Origin: Utricularia gibba
Taxonomy: Eukaryota; Plantae; Magnoliophyta
Assembly (NCBI GenBank): GCA_002189035.1
Contig: CM007992.1
Location: forward strand, 124,001-188,000
Direction of reading: 5' to 3'
Length of the DNA: 64,000 nt
Shown: positions 62,733 through 64,000 of the stretch, piece after piece
How positions within the stretch are numbered: position 1 is the first letter of the stretch
Layout of the letters: every line of letters begins with the position of its first letter
Program-made: the position numbers and the translations under genes
The notes under the pieces: generated by a model
The model's input: the letters and a program-made list of their open reading frames with translations, nothing else
What the model was told of the DNA's origin: nothing
The model's database searches: none

Positions 62733-63871
62733 TCACGTGTTACAATTAGATGGCCCGAACCCGACCCGCCGATTCGTCAAGTCGAACTCCACCCAAAGAT
62801 TTTGCTGCTGGAAGTTTCCGATGATGTTACTGGACACGCCGAGGGATTCCGAGCGGCCGATTCCGATGCAGTGGACGCCGCCGCCGACGTCGTCCAGGTT
62901 TTGCTCCTTCTCGATCAGAATCTCCACGCCATTGTCGAATTCGAAGGCCATTTGCCCAATTTTCTCCCCGATTTCCGATGGGTTCCCGTCGAAGCACATG
63001 TCCAGGGATCCACCGTAGACGTAATCCTTTTTCAAATTCGCGCCGGCGAGTCTCACGACTTCCTCCCGGACCTTTGAATACGCGGCGTCTACCAGAAAAG
63101 TGTACTGCGTGCCGGAATCGATCATCGTCTGTCCGGAGCCGCCAGCGTCGGGACGGAAAGCCACCGTCGAAATGTTCAGTTTCTTGCCTCCGATTCGGAT
63201 CCCGGCGAGCCCGACGGTGTAAGCAAGGGGGTCGAAATTCGGCTTCCTCTGGCTTTCGGGGAAACTTAACAGATCGATGTATCGGAAACTTCTGGAATTC
63301 GGATTCTGGCCCAGGAAAAATGTTCCGGTGGGGTTCTCGCCGACGTTGTGCTTGCTCGGCACGCAGTAGGAAAACCTCGGAACCTTAGCCTGAGAAGCGA
63401 ACGACAGCCGCCCAAGATTCATACCCAAAATGCCCTGAGCCTCCGCGGACTCCGTAGCGCATCCAAGAATCAGAGGAGGGGTAACTCTGGAAGGAGAAAA
63501 GGTGAACTTCTCCCTTACCAAATTACCCTCCGCAAGAGTCCCATCCGCGTAAAAGTACGAATAGTGGCACAAGCTGTTCTGGTCGCAAGTCGTCGGGATC
63601 GTGAAATCGGGAATTTGCGGTTTGCAGATAGGATGGTTACAGGGAGCAAGGAGAAAGAAGAAGACAGAGAAGGATCAAACTCCGACTTCGGCGGCGCCGC
63701 TCCCCCCGCCGCTTGCGGCGCTTTCCCGTGACACTGAATCCACGACAGCTGGCTTCCTGTATCCAACACCATTTTCTGAGTCTGCGGTGGGGTACCAATC
63801 GGGAGCGAAACAACCAGGGCCATTGAGTACTTGAAGGAGTTGTGGTAGTTGTAATCAAACGATTGAGACTT

Positions 63872-63906
<35 letters not shown>

Positions 63907-64000
63907 TAGTCTTTTCAGCCCCCAGGAAAGAAAGGCGCTTCTGTGCGGTGGGCACCGAAGCTCTGGTTATGGGGTAGGAAACAGTAAACCGCTTGCATTC
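62733..64000 (-). CDS. A1-family aspartic protease, PCS1-like, intronless; 5' end outside window (apparent frameshift at 63642-63644)
   Basis: Frame open to 64000; SFKYSMALVVSLPIGTPPQTQKMVLDTGSQLSWIQC, CHYSYFYADGTLAEGNLVREKFTFS, GILGMNLGRLSF, second catalytic DSGT, IIGNFQQQNLWVEFDL. Confidence 0.93.
63874..63905. repeat. (CCG)n microsatellite encoding poly-Ala in the aspartic protease prosegment region
   Basis: About 10 CCG units seen; minus strand translates MAAAAAAAAAVK. Confidence 0.9.

Noticed and set aside
62733-64000. Aspartic protease as a carnivory-related digestive enzyme
   Set aside because: Motifs fit the widespread PCS1-like clade, there is one copy only, and the species is not established from sequence alone.

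Overview
Plant (eudicot, probably asterid) nuclear DNA with very high gene density: 24 protein-coding genes and 1 pseudogene in 64 kb, mostly 70-120 nt introns, and no recognisable transposon. Genes in order: BRI1 (3' part), a clade I-like TGA bZIP, EDR4-like zinc-ribbon protein, ACINUS, SOSEKI2/UFC-like, pollen Ole e 1 (DFC-like), PLAT, VQ protein, ROCK1 nucleotide-sugar transporter, an uncharacterised tail-anchored protein, BTL3-like mitochondrial carrier, tubulin cofactor C, 14-3-3, a WEB/myosin-like coiled-coil protein, ZF-HD, cyclin D2/4, DIC carrier, At4g38062-like coiled-coil protein, nicotinamidase, AIL6/7 (PLT3/7), a decayed PNO1/DIM2, Dof5.7-like, class II CAD, plastid DHAR and a PCS1-like aspartic protease (3' part). 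Exon models were built by hand from splice sites and frame arithmetic; family names come from remembered motifs, not database searches. I found no convincing new multi-gene system, RNA gene or mobile element. Most notable: (1) five otherwise intact genes are each broken by one missing base in a short G/C run, most likely assembly error; (2) a PNO1 pseudogene that keeps a full site II + telo-box promoter; (3) UFC-like and DFC-like genes directly adjacent with no FLC between them; (4) two frame-forced GC-AG introns and a 9-nt microexon; (5) candidate translational, autoregulatory and NMD elements in TGA and ACINUS.
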